A stretch of DNA of 62,376 nt, filler included, from Sluysia triapertura (GCA_046118255.1; 5 parts of 5 records of this genome joined end to end with filler, not necessarily neighbours in it); one strand, 5' to 3'; positions 1 to 13,189 are shown, counted from the first letter of the whole stretch. Notes: generated by a model from the sequence alone, not told the origin. Numbers and translations are program-made.

Positions 1-235
1 CTGCTTGATTAATTATTAATTGTAATTTTTTCACTTTTCTATATGAAATTGAGTACAATAAAACATTGTTAAAATCTATGTTGCTAGTTACCAGTGATGA
101 ACAATAAGTTTAGCTGTTTCTTTATTAATAAATTTTCGAATATGAGACATAAAATAAATTCAATTAGATAATTTGCCGTACGAATATGATAAAAATAACA
201 TTTTGAGTTTTAATGTATAATATGTCAATTTGTTC
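1..235 (-). repeat. Repeat family A (LINE-like 3' end), partial copy
   Basis: GATTAATTATTAATTGTAATTTTTTCACTTTTCT and TTATTAATAAATTTTCGAATAT match segments of the copies at ~14400-14490 and ~46455-46490. Confidence 0.6.
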
Positions 236-901
236 ATAAAATTAAAATTAAAGTGATGGAAAATTTCTTTAATAAAATTAAGTCTTCCAAATGTATTTTT
301 AGTGATTCTTTTATAACTACTATTGATCATAATTGTTTATTATTTTTATATATCTCCTCGATTTTCATTTTTCGACCTTGAGATTAATATATATCTTAAC
401 CGAAATACGAAACTCATTTATATTATAATTAAATTAATAAGTGTTAACTTATATAACGAAATAATAAGTAATAATAAGGGGTTCTTCTTAAGTTTCAGAT
501 CAAACATTATGAAATAATTGTGAAAAATAGATTCAAATTATGAAATTTTTCAAATTTTGTAAATAATTCACTCGTTTCAACTACATTTTATTCCCAACAT
601 CACCATCAATGCATTGTCGTACAGTGTTAAGTCTAATTTAAATTATTAAATAAAATAGACACCTTGTTATAGCCCAAAAGTTCCTTAATTCAATTCTGTA
701 CTAATTTCTCCTGAATCATTGATTTTCTATAATTAATTTCAACATATATTCTTATTCCATTTATTTTAACCTCTATATTTCATATTTTCTCCATAATTAC
801 ATTCTATAATATTCTAAAAATTATATATGTTATTTATAGGTATGTATAATATGTCAATTTGTTCTATATGTTGATAATTATGCACCACTATTAATTCACT
901 T

Positions 902-992
902 TGTTAGACTTCGTAAAATGGACTGACCGGGGATCGAACCCGGGACCATCGTCTGCGCAGTCCGAATGCTTTACCACTGAGCTATCACCCCC
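902..992 (-). mobile_element. tRNA-derived SINE head (tRNA-Cys-like), copy 1
   Basis: Minus strand reads GGGGGTGATAGCTCAGTGGTAAAGCATTCGGACTGCGCAGACGATGGTCCCGGGTTCGATCCCCGG: A box (TAGCTCAGTGG) and B box (GGTTCGATCCC) present, but acceptor and anticodon stems do not pair. The tail CATTTTACGAAGTCTAACA is shared with the copy at 5982. Confidence 0.75.
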
Positions 993-1292
993 TCTAACAA
1001 TTTCATTTTTAATATATTCATTTATACTACTTGGCACTTTTTAGGCCTTTTACCCCAACAGTTTGATGTAATCAAAATACTTATCTTTAATGTCGGCAAT
1101 CTTATACTCGTCTCAGCTCTTCGAGATGGAAGTTCTTAATAAAAATGTTTCGTTTATTTCTTAAGAAATTTCAGTTTGGTTGAATCTTGTCCTGTTTGTG
1201 TTGTATTTTCTTTTTATAAATCGTATCTAATTGTCTCAGTATTTAGTTAAACTTTGCTTTGCTTCCTTAATAAAAACGTTAACTCATTCTCC

Positions 1293-1767
1293 ATTATTAG
1301 ACTAAAAATATGTTTTTCTTTGGTTTTCTTAATATTTGTTCCAGACATTAATCCCATAGAAAATCTGTGGAAGATTGTCAAAATAAGAGTTTCTACGCAT
1401 AAACCCACAACAGGATGGGATTTATTGAAATCCTGATAACAGTATGGCATCGCGATGATAAGATCAAAGATTTGTGCTCCAAACTCATCAATGGTATGCC
1501 TTTAATGATCAGGAAATTATTGGATAACAAAGGAGGGCAACAACAGTTTGTGCATATTTGATTTGTAGTAAATTATATTATCAGATTCTACAATAATAAA
1601 ATTTCTGTATGTTGGATCTCAGCATTTTTATCCATTATTTTTTCGAGAAAGTAGTTATTTTCCATGACAATGTTTTTATACACTTTTGATTAATAGTTTC
1701 ATAGTATCCTTGAAAATGTTGAATTTTATCACAAAAATGGTCTTTCGTCTAATAATTTTGCCACCAT
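1293..1767 (+). mobile_element. Tc1-family DNA transposon, internally deleted
   Basis: PDINPIENLWKIVK (Tc1 catalytic-E motif) in ORF 1254-1436. TIR remnants ATTATTAGACTAAA (1293) and GTCTAATAATTTTGCCACCA (1747-1766). Confidence 0.85.
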
Positions 1768-4700
1768 AAATTCAAATATAATATAACTGTTCAATAAAAT
1801 ATACACTGTCATAAATTCAATTAGTAAATATAGTAAATTTACTAAATATACTGAAATTTAATTATGGTTTTAACTAATTTCAATTAAATATTTTAAATGT
1901 TGCTTTTTAAGATAATTTTGATCGAATATTATGCTCTTAAAATTTAATTTCACATTATTTCTGTCTAATGTTAATTTAAGATGATTTTATTTATCTAATC
2001 AATTGTGATAGTGAGTTTTAATGTTTTTAGATTTTGATTTCATATAGTTTCTGTACAATTTCAATTTAAGCTGAATTTTTTTGCTATATTGAGCGTTATT
2101 AAAGCATACATTCATAACTTTATCAGCATTCGAACCTAATTAGACATTATTTCATACAATTTTATTCACATATTTTATAGTATTTTGTGAATATAACTCA
2201 TGCGAAATGAAGTATGACTATATTTATTTGTAATATATCTGCTGTCTCAATTTCATTCTATTATATAACTATATTTATGTTAGACTTAATATTAATTCTC
2301 AGTGGAGTGCCGAGGTCGCGCCCCCAAACACCACCACCAATAGTCATAAAGTACTATTTATCTAGAAGCATTTTTGCGCCGCCATAACGCTGCGCTCCGA
2401 GACACTTAAACTTCCCTGACTTCATTTTTCTTTTATTTTTGTAACGATTTTTTTGCCATTTTCAAATTTCAAAGTTTTTTTCTTGAATTTATTTAGTAAA
2501 ACTTTAATTATCTCATTAAATATTTATTTATTTCATTGTTTGTTAGTACAAACAAGTAAGATGAATTTGTTGTTAATTAATTAATAATTTGTTGTTTCTT
2601 TAATTTAAAATAATCAAATAAAAACTTCTGTTTTATTTTTTGTTTAATTGTGTTTCATTTCATTAACAGTTGAATTAGTTATTATTTAAATAAATTTAAA
2701 ATGTGCATATTATTTAGACTTCTTTGCTGAAGATTTGTTGAAAGAAAAATCAATTTCTTTTTTTACATTTAATACTACATAATTGATACAATCGTTGTAA
2801 AATTAATATATGAATTTAAAATTAACCTCAGAAAAGTATGAGTGAAATAATTAACAATACTGAATGTTTTTTCTGCAAATACGATAATGTATCTATTATG
2901 AATAGTATTGTAGCAAATAAATAAAATATATGTATGACAAAAATTTACATTAATTATATTAATTACTTAAGTATGATAAGTTAATAAATATTATTACAGC
3001 GAGTAGACAATACGGATCAATGAAGGTAATATTGAAAACAAAAAGATATGAGGGTTTTGTTGCTATTTTTATTACTGAAAATTATAAATTCTTCTGTTCT
3101 TCTGTTCTTTGAATAGTATATATTTGCACATATGGTATTTAAAATCCTATGATTCGATAACACTTGAAATTTCGTTGATATTATTAATTAATTATGAATT
3201 TTATCTTTAATTGTTTGAATTTTATTTATTATTTTTTGTTTTCTGATCCTAATTAATTATTAAAATATTAAAAGAAAGCAGAAAACTTGAAATGATATAT
3301 TTGAATCAAAGAATTGATTTTATAAACATAGTCATTTAGTAAATTACATTAAATAATCAATAACTGAATTTTTTATTACAACCATTTTATCATTCACTTT
3401 GTTTTATTTTAATTATTTTAAATAATAATACACATTTTATTTTAACTATGTTTTGATTTATGACAAACCCAACTACAAATTAGCATTTAAAACAATTCCA
3501 TTTGATTATATTTTTTGTTAAAATTATCATTCTAAGTATTATAAGTTTTGTTTTTTGTAAATAATTGTAATTTATAGAGCAAAATCTTCATGAAATTGCT
3601 GCTAGTTAATATTGATAGTTATGTATCAATTATATATTGTATAATTGTTGTAAAGCTATTTTGAATTATTACTTTAAATAAAACTTATAAACGTTTAACT
3701 TAGTCTACGCTTACTAATGACTCCTATGTAATTCTTTAATAATAATAGTAATGTAAAGGTTGTATAAATGTATTATTCACTTTATTTATTATTATTATTT
3801 ATTTATTAAAGTATTTAAAAATGGTAAATTATTAAAAATTATTACAATTATTAAATTTAGATTAAGTTAAATTATTACAAAGAATTTATTTATTTGAATC
3901 AAACAAATAATTAACAAACTGATATAAATAAAGAGTAAAATTATCATTTATTTGATACTAATCGCGCTGATTTAGAGATAAATCACAATTTATCTTTTAT
4001 TTTCCCTAGGCAAATACGCATTTCCTCACAAATTTTTAATACTGGGGAAATGCTAAAAGTTATTTTCCTTCAATAAACCAAGTATCAATTATTCGTTCCT
4101 TCTGATTTTGTTACAGCTACAAGAACAAATTCCTTCTGAACCAGAGTTAAAATCCTGGATCCTTTCCAACGCTTAGCTCCTCGAAAGCACCAATGAGCTC
4201 TCTAAAGAAGTTTTACAGTATGTGCATCATTTTATTGTACCACAAGCAATAAAATTATTAACTTAAGATAAATAAATTTATTACAAATGTAAAATGTTAA
4301 AACTTTCAACGTGACTCTTACCCAATTTATAATGAAAATGAAATTCCCATATCATTTTCCAAACATACCTGTAAATTCATGCACGCTAAAAAATGGATCG
4401 ATTGCAAACTTTGGTTGGCAATAATGTGAACAATAAAGTAGATATTTGGGATTGGATTAAAAGTTATAAGATAAATTAAAAAAACTGTTAAAAATTGAAT
4501 GAAGAGTTATAAAATAACACCAAATATAATGAACCAGCACTATCCAAAACAGACTAAAACAGATGAAAACTGCTCTCAGTAGAGCCTTGAGCCAAAGTAA
4601 GCAGTTTAAAACACACTTGGATTAATCACAAGAAGTGTTTGTCAAAGTTAGGAGCGAATATATATATAACACTTTGAAATCATTTAAATATCATTTAAAA

Positions 4701-5539
4701 TCATAAAAAATTATTTTCGAAAAAAGAAAATTAGCTATTAAAAATAGAATAGAAGCTTCTATTGGCTGATGACTAGTATGTAAAGTAGCATCAGCTTTGT
4801 AAAATTCGCCATTTGTAATTCTTCATTATGAAAATATAACTGCCATTTTTGATTTTGCTGCATTGTTCTTTTGTAGTTGTTTGGAATTTCTTGGTGAATT
4901 ATCGTAATACATTCTACGATTGGGAAACATTCATCGAACAACAATTATTATTTTACTTACAAATTCTATGCATTGGTAAATTATATATTATTAAGATCAA
5001 TTTCAATTTTCGAAGTTAAAATTATAAAATTTTACTTAAAATAATAAAGACATTAAATTAAACGCTTTTTGAGCTTTAATCTTTAAAATACTGTTTTTTA
5101 TTATCTTTAGTATTTTTTAAATAATGTTATTATTTTTATCTCTATTTAATTATTGAAAGTTGTAGAATAAATTATTAAAAGATTTGAAAAAATTATTTAT
5201 TGTATCTAGTTGAGCATTTGTTAAGACCCTAATTAAGGATAAGAACAAATACTAATTTTAGTATTTAACAAGTACAGAACATAGAAAAGTTTATATTAAT
5301 TCGAATTTAAATTATTTTGAAATGGATGTTTAACAAGAAAATGATACTTAATGTGATTGCTTAGTTTATAATATGTAAAATAATTTTAATCGCAGGTTTA
5401 ATATTTTCAAACGATAGTAACGTCCACTAAACATGAGGATAAACAAGTCTTCATAAATTAGCATTATTGTAGAGGAAGAGACCTAAAGTGCCATTTAGAA
5501 TAATGATAGTATGATTGACTTTATAATATAATAATAATA

Positions 5540-5975
5540 TATTAATTTATATTGCGCTCTTATCTACTGCAAAGTAAGTACTCAAATGCGCTTAAAATAA
5601 ATCATTCATTATAATATTTCTGAAACAGAAAGAACTTTGCCTTTTTCGTAAATATTTCATAATCTTCCAGTAATTTGTATATTTTTGAAACATAAACGGT
5701 ACACAACCTATCATCTAGCTCTTATTATCACTGTGGATTCTGTATAGATTATTATTATGTCTCAATGAAGTATTCATCTTGGTTTCCAAATTTTTTATTA
5801 TTTCTAAGACATATTCAGGACTTCCGTAATGTAAGCGCATTTATAAATTATTGTCATGATTTTGAATTATATTCTTGCTTTTATTGGCAAGATAAGGTGT
5901 TACATATGATCTTCTTCCCACTTGGATATTAATTATAATTTGTTCACTTTTCTACATGAAATTGCGAATAAATTT
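5540..5975 (-). mobile_element. Repeat family A: 5'-truncated LINE-like 3' end
   Basis: Homologous to 14118-14495, 46198-46530 and (inverted) 50869-51112. Minus strand encodes LEDYEIFTKKAKFFLFQKYYNE*, which resembles CR1/L2-type ORF2 C-termini (inference). Confidence 0.6.
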
Positions 5976-5981
5976 GCGAAT

Positions 5982-6065
5982 GTGATAGCTCAGTGGTCAG
6001 AGCATCGAAGTGAGGTAAGAGAGCCCCAGTTCAAACTCCAGTAGTTCATTTAATGAAGTCTAACA
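5982..6065 (+). mobile_element. tRNA-derived SINE head, copy 2 (more degenerate)
   Basis: GTGATAGCTCAGTGGTCAGAGCAT...AGTTCAAACTCC followed by CATTTAATGAAGTCTAACA, matching the copy 1 tail. Confidence 0.7.
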
Positions 6066-7557
6066 TTATTTATAAAATAATTAATATAACTTATGTTAAT
6101 ATGAACTACATATAATATAATATTTATGTGCTTATCTTTAAGAATCACTTCAGTTCATTCTGAAACCCTAAATATAATAAATTGATAACATAATGATTTT
6201 AAAATTAAAAACACATATTTCTTCTACTTTACAAAGATTATGCCACATTTTTTCATCAAACAATTTTTATACAACTTTCATAACAATACCAAGATACTGA
6301 CAATAAACACTCCAAAAGAATCCATCATTAATTAATTACTTGTTCGATTGAGATTTAATAACAATATCTGAAAGTTACCATACTTAATTCGACTATTTTT
6401 ATTTTAGGATCATTATCTACTTTTAAGGTCGCAGATACAAGAATGATCAAAATGATATACCAAATAATGACAAACAACAATAAATTTGTATGAGATTAAT
6501 TTGATAAGTAGTAGATATTTCGAATCTGATGAAATATAATCAAATATGTTTTCTTCAATCATGAAATTATATCCATTAATGAAAAATTACTAATAATAGT
6601 ATACGTGATAACATATCTTTGTGGTTGTGTGTAACAATTGAACAAACAAAATATTCATTCAAAATAATGTGTAAATAAAAAAAGATAACAAAATTATATA
6701 AAATTAGAAAGGCATATTTAATATAATAATGAGTTTTTTTCTATTTAGTGCTAATAAAATTGATAAACGTAAAAGCAATATTTTGAATATTTTAGTGAAG
6801 TAGTTAGTGATAAACATGGTAATAAAGTTATATGAAGAATTTTGAGGTGTAATAGTTGATATTGAATAGAATTTTACAATTATTGGATATATTCGTTTAT
6901 TTGTTTATTTTTATTCTTCTGTACACTGGTGAACAAATTATTAGACTAAAACAGGAAGAATATGTTTCTCGGTGGTGATGGCGTTAAGCTGCTACTCTGA
7001 TCTGGAAACTCTGCAGGCATTAATCTCATAGAAAATCTGTGGGAGATTCTGCCTATAAAACAACCACCAGGACGGAACTTATTGAAACCCTGATAAAAGT
7101 ATGTCCCAAGTTCATCCGTGACATGTATTTAAAGATCAGGAAATTATTGAATAACAAAGTACTGATACAACAGTTTGTACATATTTGATTTGTAGTAAAT
7201 TGTGTTATCATTCTACATGAATACAATGTAGTAGTAAATAGTTTATTTCAGTATAAAATATTACAATTTGTGTTTTAAAATATTTTATCGACTGAATTAA
7301 TTTAATATTTAAGAAAAATGTAGAAAATATTTCACAAATATTGTTAAACTTATATTTCTTTATGAATTTTACTAAAAAATTGAAATTAACTCTTTTAAAA
7401 TCTATTGAAAAACTAAAATAATATCTAAAACTATTTATTTTTATAAAATCTAATTGCAACAAAATTTTATTTCTTAATTGTTTCATTATTTGCCGCATAT
7501 GCCACTCAGAGTATTCGTACATAATTCTAAAAAGACGTAATAATAAATAAAAATGAT

Positions 7558-7980
7558 TCAGGTTACTAAATTCAAGTTAAAACATATAATTATTACCATT
7601 TTACTTTTCATCATAGCATTGACTGGAATTCTAGAGAAATCTTGACCTGCAAAATCGTCAGAACAACAGATTGGGTGTCGTGCATAGAGCTCAGTTTCCA
7701 AAGTCGATAAAATAGATTTTATCCTGTGACAGTGGTCCACAAAGCAAGCTGGACACTCAGGAACATCTCGAAACTCACAAATTGTGTGATAGTATACACA
7801 ATCCTTGCCATACCTAATGCACTTTCCAGATTGAGCTGTTTCGTACAAACAAAGACCTGCCTTGTAATGTTTATGATTATAAAGAAACTTAGAATAGCCA
7901 GTTTCTAATCTTTCATTTGAATTATTTGTCTTCAATGATGTTACTTGATTTGTCATTACATAAGAATCTAGATCTACCAT
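7558..7980 (-). CDS. CCCH (TIS11-like) zinc-finger ORF, probably the 3' part of a longer decayed gene starting near 8450
   Basis: YKAGLC-x9-C-x6-C-x3-H (YKAGLCLYETAQSGKCIRYGKDCVYYH), similar to the YKTELC lead-in of TIS11 fingers. Further Cys/His cluster CPAC..DHCH. A paralogue lies at 29860-30400. Confidence 0.6.
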   Translation of the reverse strand: MVDLDSYVMTNQVTSLKTNNSNERLETGYSKFLYNHKHYKAGLCLYETAQSGKCIRYGKDCVYYHTICEFRDVPECPACFVDHCHRIKSILSTLETELYARHPICCSDDFAGQDFSRIPVNAMMKSKMVIIICFNLNLVT

Positions 7981-8615
7981 ATCAGGGATAACTAATTTAT
8001 GTATTTATAGAAATTTCTGTAATTTTATTTTTCTTTTCCAATTTATAATTCGAAGAAAAAGCATGCTTTAAATCAAATTGTTTATACTGAGATGGGAAAA
8101 TCGTTCAGTTAAAATGTTAGTACTTGTACTACCCTAACATAAAGTTTTTTCTTTTTAGAATTCAAAAATTTTATAATTTTTGGTGATACTTCTAGCAATT
8201 AATTTTTTCATTTGTAGTTATCTTTGGCTTAATAAAATTAATATTCAAGACACAATCGACATAGTCTTTAAAACATCTCTTATCTTTTATATACATAACT
8301 GTAGCAAAATTAACAACACGTTGGGTTTTGGAATTGTCTTTTTCATTAAAATTGAGCACTAACTTTCCATCAACATATTTGAATAAAATGTAAGATGAAA
8401 AACCAAATGATTTATTCATGACAATATAGTTATGAAATGATTATACTAATATAGAGCAACACCAGATTGCATATTTTTCAACACAAAGAATATTTACTTT
8501 TTAATTTTTGTGTAATCGTACTTCGTAAAATTAATACCGCTAAATATTAACTGTATTTTTTTGACCAACTATTGAGTTTTAGATTACTTTTTAATTTTTA
8601 ATTGTTGTCTTTGTT

Positions 8616-8684
8616 GATTGGACGTCCAATCCAAATAGACAAAACCAAAATGTAGAATTAATATTGATTGGACGTCCAATCAAT
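8616..8684. promoter_or_regulatory. Pair of palindromic CCAAT/GACGTC boxes, 50 bp apart
   Basis: GATTGGACGTCCAATC (8616-8631) and ATTGATTGGACGTCCAATCAAT (8663-8684), both perfect palindromes, upstream of the minus-strand ORFs. Confidence 0.6.
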
Positions 8685-10829
8685 TATTGTGTAAAATCAA
8701 ATAAAGCTACTAGCATTCATGCCTGCATGTGTAGATGTGGTTTTATCATTCTTTAGGTTAGTTACTAGGGTGTTGGAAATGCTGTACACAGTTAATGTGA
8801 TTAAAAACTACAAGGTTCAGTTGTTGTCTATGCTTTGAACAATAATAATAATAATAATAATAATTAAAATTAATAGCGCAAGTAATAATAATAATAATAC
8901 TGTGATAATAACATAATAATATAAAAGTAAAAACATAAATCTTTCTATATTTAATTCGCGTTCTTAACAAATAAATAAATAAATGAATACAAAAAAATGA
9001 ATTAAAAGGTGTAAATGTTTAAGTGTGAATCAAATGAGCATTTGAGATGCTTTGAGTCAGTTTTAGGATACATATTTGCAAATTTGAAGTGTAAATTGTG
9101 ATTCTAATGTTATTAAATAATGAATAAATGTTTTAAAAGAATTTTTACATATACTTTGATGTTTTTGAATGAAAGTAAAGTTTGTATGTTGGAAGGTTGT
9201 GACATTAAAATGTTTTAATGAATCTAAAAAAGGTAATTGTACGATGTTAACTAATGTAATTATGATTATAATGTTGTGAAATTATGAGTTAAAAATGTTA
9301 ATGAATTTTTTAATGTATCTTATTGATCTGAAAGTGAATGTAATCTTGATGTTAGAGGGTTATAAAATAGAAATGATTTGAGAAGGTTAGAATAATGTTT
9401 TAGTGGATGTAAAGGAGATAAAATATGAAAAAGGTTTTGATAGAAAAATAGTTAAAATGTTACGGTATGTGGTTTTATGTGCGATATATTTAATTAAATT
9501 TGTAATGTTTTGAATTAATTTTTTAAGTGTATGATTGATGATTTTCGATATCAAATACGATTTGATGTTATAAAAATAATAATAAAAGTAATAAGAATTT
9601 CGAAATGTTCTGAAAAGTAATTTTTTTGTACATAATTAAAATAAAATTTTAAAATATTAGGTTGGTCACCACATACAATTGCTGTATGCTTTGGATTTGA
9701 GTATTTTTATTTATTATTTTACATTTTCCATGACAATGTAAATGGCATTTATTTATACACTTTTGATTAATAGTTTCATAGTATCCTTGAAAAAGTGTTG
9801 AATTTTATCACAAAAATGGTCGTCTTTAGTCTAATAATTTGGCCACCATTGTAATTATTATAATATTATTATATAAATATGTTGGAAATAATAATATGAT
9901 AATTATAATGACAGCCGTGATGTAGCATGTTTACAGCTGTATAAGAAATCAGCATCAAAAAATAGAATAAATCCTGAAAAGAAAGTATACTTCAAAAACT
10001 TTATATAATTATAAATTATAACTTAACTAATTATCAATTTTAAATTAGTTATTATATGTATTCTATAATTATTATCATTATATTATTAATGAAAATTTTA
10101 CATGATAATATGAGGTAAGAAAAGATATCTTTTGTGTTTGCAGACGAAAATTAATGAAAAGGAAAATGTATCAAAAATAACAACAATGAAAATAATTATT
10201 ACAATGTGGCTATAATAATAATAACTGTGACAATGATAACGATAATAATATAATATGAAGTTCGACTGCTCAAAAATCGTGGCGACTAAGTGATGTATAC
10301 AAGAGTGGACAAGTAACAAAATTGCATAAAAATGTTAAAAAAACCAAATAATGATTTGGGACAGGATTTAGATTGAGATTAAAACAAGGGACATTTTATT
10401 TTTTTACTAATTAACATGGGAATCGATATAATGTGATAAATGTAACAATAGGCATTTTTGGTGTATCATCGTAAAATGCAAAAATAATGTTAGTATATTG
10501 GAAATCAAATTTTTTTAGTATTTTTAGGATTAGTAAAGGTTATTTTTTGAATGCAATGAGTTGCAACTTCAAAAACGATATATTTTAATAATTACTGTAT
10601 GGGCGTAGGGGTTTTGTTTTGGTCATAATTCTTAAATTTTAACATTCTTACTTCCTTTTTATCATTTAATAATTTAATATTATAAGACTCGTGCTTAAGG
10701 CACTTGACATATTTTAAACTAAAACTTTGAAAATACAAATCAATGTAAAACGTCGAAATTTTATTAATGAAATTTTTAAAAGTATCTACCATCAATTTAT
10801 TAATATTGTGATGTACGAACGTTATAGCT

Positions 10830-10945
10830 AAACACGATCCAGATTTTCCATTACAAATTCGAATTGTCCCATCAGCATTCCCGCAGACCATAAAACAAAA
10901 AGCTTGACTACTCGTGATAGAACACGGTGATTTGGATGAAACAAT
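10830..10945 (-). pseudogene. Isolated WD40-like repeat fragment
   Basis: FMVCGNADGTIRICNGKSGSCLA resembles the WD40 consensus sgs.DgtIriWd..tg.cl; single repeat next to a gap. Confidence 0.4.
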
Positions 10946-11077
10946 TTGATTTAATGATAAAAAACAATATTTAGAACNNNNNNNNNNNNNNNNNNNNNNN
11001 NNNNNNNNNNNNNNNNNNNNNTTAATTAATTAANNNNNNNNNNNNNNNNNNNNNNNNNNNNNNNNNNNNNNNNNNNN

Positions 11078-11109
<32 letters not shown>

Positions 11110-12184
11110 GTTCAGTAAATACATAATTTTGTTAATAGGTATCATAGTAAGTAATGAATAATAATAATAATAGTAATAATAATTTCATGAATCTGTACAA
11201 TAATAAATAATGATAAATATTGCTTCCGGCCTAAATATTCATATTTTATTAAATTTTGATTACATATAGTTTATATTCAATCTTATTTTAATATGATTTT
11301 TTTTCGATTAGAATGCTTTTGAATTTGATATTATATTATTATCTCAATCTTTAATTTAAGCTAATTTTGATCGAGAATAATGTTATTAACTTTTAATTGT
11401 ATACTAATTTTACTCAATCTCAATTTAATATAATTTTAACTCTAATATTGGAATAATCTTTATGTTCTTAAAATTTAATATTGTATTTTCTTTATAGAAT
11501 TTCATTTTATTTTAATCTAAAACAAAATGTTATTTGTTGTTAAATTTTGAATTTATACTAACTCTACTAAATCTCATTTTAAATTGATAAAAATCATTAT
11601 AATCTTAATGATAATGATTTTTGAAAAAAGAAACTTATTTTTTAAAAGAAAATTCCTTGCCAAAAATTAGAAAATAAGTTTCTAGGATGTTCTAAAGCAT
11701 TCTAGAATTCTACTCGTCTATGGTTGGCTATGGATTTGTTTAAAAACCCACAGCTAATTATAAAGAAACACAATTTTCAATTTACAATTTTACGATTTTA
11801 CAATATTACAATTTTAAAACATAATTATTTGCTTTGTTCCGCCATATTGTAATTGGAAATTTTATTCACCTTGGTTTATTTCAATCGATATTTTTGGTTA
11901 TTCGTTCCAGTTTTTTCATTCCATGAAAGAGTAAAGTTTTTCATTATTAAGATCATTTTGATTTGACAAATTGGTCCCACTCGTATTTCTGCAAGTTTCT
12001 CAGGCTTAAGTAGGTCATGTTACATATTTTTTTAAATGATTAAATAAGGACAATGTTTTGCATAATCGTTTCTGCTTTTAAAGTGTGTGCACAAAATTAT
12101 TTCAATAATATACCACCATTTTGTGAGAAAAATATTTGGATCAAATAAAATAAGTGAAAATATTATTAAGTCTAAAGTTAGAAG

Positions 12185-12979
12185 ATGGCAAATATTAATG
12201 ATTACGATGAGTTTGTAGCTGATAATATGTCAATCAACGATAGTGACGAAGATACTGATGTCGAAAAGAATATTGACCCTGATTTATTGAATGATACATG
12301 GACGTGGCAAAATACGCACTTTCAACCAAATTTTCATAATTATACTTGCCAGGCAAAACCAAATATTGATAATCAATCATGAGACCAACTAACTTACTTC
12401 GAATATTTTTTTGATAACGACTTGATGACTGCTATTGTAAACGAGACCAACAATTATCAACTTCAAAATCCAATTGGTGAACGTGAAAGAATGGTTAAAT
12501 TGGTTGATTTTTCAGAAACATAATGCTTACCGAGAAACTCATTCAGTTCAGCGACCGCTTATCCAAGACCAACCTCCAAGACTTAATGGAGACATTTTCA
12601 TAGTTTGAATTCAAGCAATGGCAGTAGAACTAATCGTAGACGTTGCCGCGTATGTAGTGACAGAGAAAGAGAGGCGAGAACAATTTATATGTGCGAAAGT
12701 TGTGAAAATGAAGTGCCTCTGCTTGTGTCTGATTGCTTTAGACAAACTATATTACATTCCACACTAGATTACACTTTGATAGAGAATATTAAATTTACCA
12801 ATTTTCATATTCTATGCTATTTTATTGAAAATTCATGAAAAATTATACATTTTAATTAATTTTGAAATTAAAACTAACGCAAGTGGCGCCAGCTTTTAAT
12901 TGCTTTTCTCACATATATTTCATATAATCTCTCAAATAAATTTATGTTCGCAAATATACGCTCACCGGCGGTTAAATGG
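12185..12979 (+). mobile_element. piggyBac-family element, internally deleted transposase plus right end
   Basis: Acidic N-terminus, then TYFEYFFDNDLMTAIVNETNNY. C-terminal cysteine-rich RRRCRVCS..TIYMCESCENEVPL..DCF. Ends CCGGCGGTTAAATGG|TTAA. Left TIR not found. Confidence 0.85.
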
Positions 12980-13189
12980 TTAATAAGAGTAATGTAAAAT
13001 TTAAAAATTAGGTTTAATTTTTTTCAGGACCAACCTTAATCATTAAAACTGTACAATTATGAGATAATTTAAATATATATAGAAAAAACAAGTCAGTAAA
13101 TCTACTAAGCAGCCAGTACCACAACAAGATACTGGCTACTGGAAAGTCAGAAATAACTCAGTACTGCGATAGCACTAAATGTAGTGTAA

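Larger units (their letters stand above)
7227..9673. mobile_element. Unclassified TGT...ACA element with 5-bp TSD, carrying a CCCH zinc-finger ORF
   Basis: TACAA|TGTAGTAG ... CACCACA|TACAA. It interrupts a Tc1 whose uninterrupted sister copy is in the window. Confidence 0.8.
6924..9851 (+). mobile_element. Tc1-family element (same family as 1293-1767), split by the 7227-9673 insertion
   Basis: TA|CACTGGTGAACAAATTATTAGACTAAA ... TTTAGTCTAATAATTTGGCCACCATTG|TA gives TIRs plus a TA TSD. 7015-7220 and 9680-9850 align consecutively with copy 1. Confidence 0.85.

Noticed and set aside
323-517. Many short Ile/Asn/Phe/Tyr-rich ORFs in the track, including those spanning N runs
   Set aside because: Expected from AT-rich or microsatellite DNA; no motifs or splice support.
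920-992. Functional tRNA gene
   Set aside because: Acceptor and anticodon stems do not pair, and a second copy shares a non-tRNA tail, so it is better explained as a SINE.
2300-2405. GC-rich MITE-like end (CAGTGGAGTGCC...GCGCCCCC); similar island at ~53895
   Set aside because: No matching second terminus or TSD.
3000-3025. 26-nt micro-exon (ttacag|...AAG|gtaata)
   Set aside because: No partner exon or recognisable product; such sites arise by chance.
3950-4430. hAT transposase remnant on the minus strand (VHIIANQ, ELIGAFEE)
   Set aside because: Motif resemblance too weak to call without a search.
11022-11033. TTAATTAATTAA between N runs (also at 24754, 39451, 50813)
   Set aside because: Identical six-frame stop linker at four of the five gaps; an assembly artefact.
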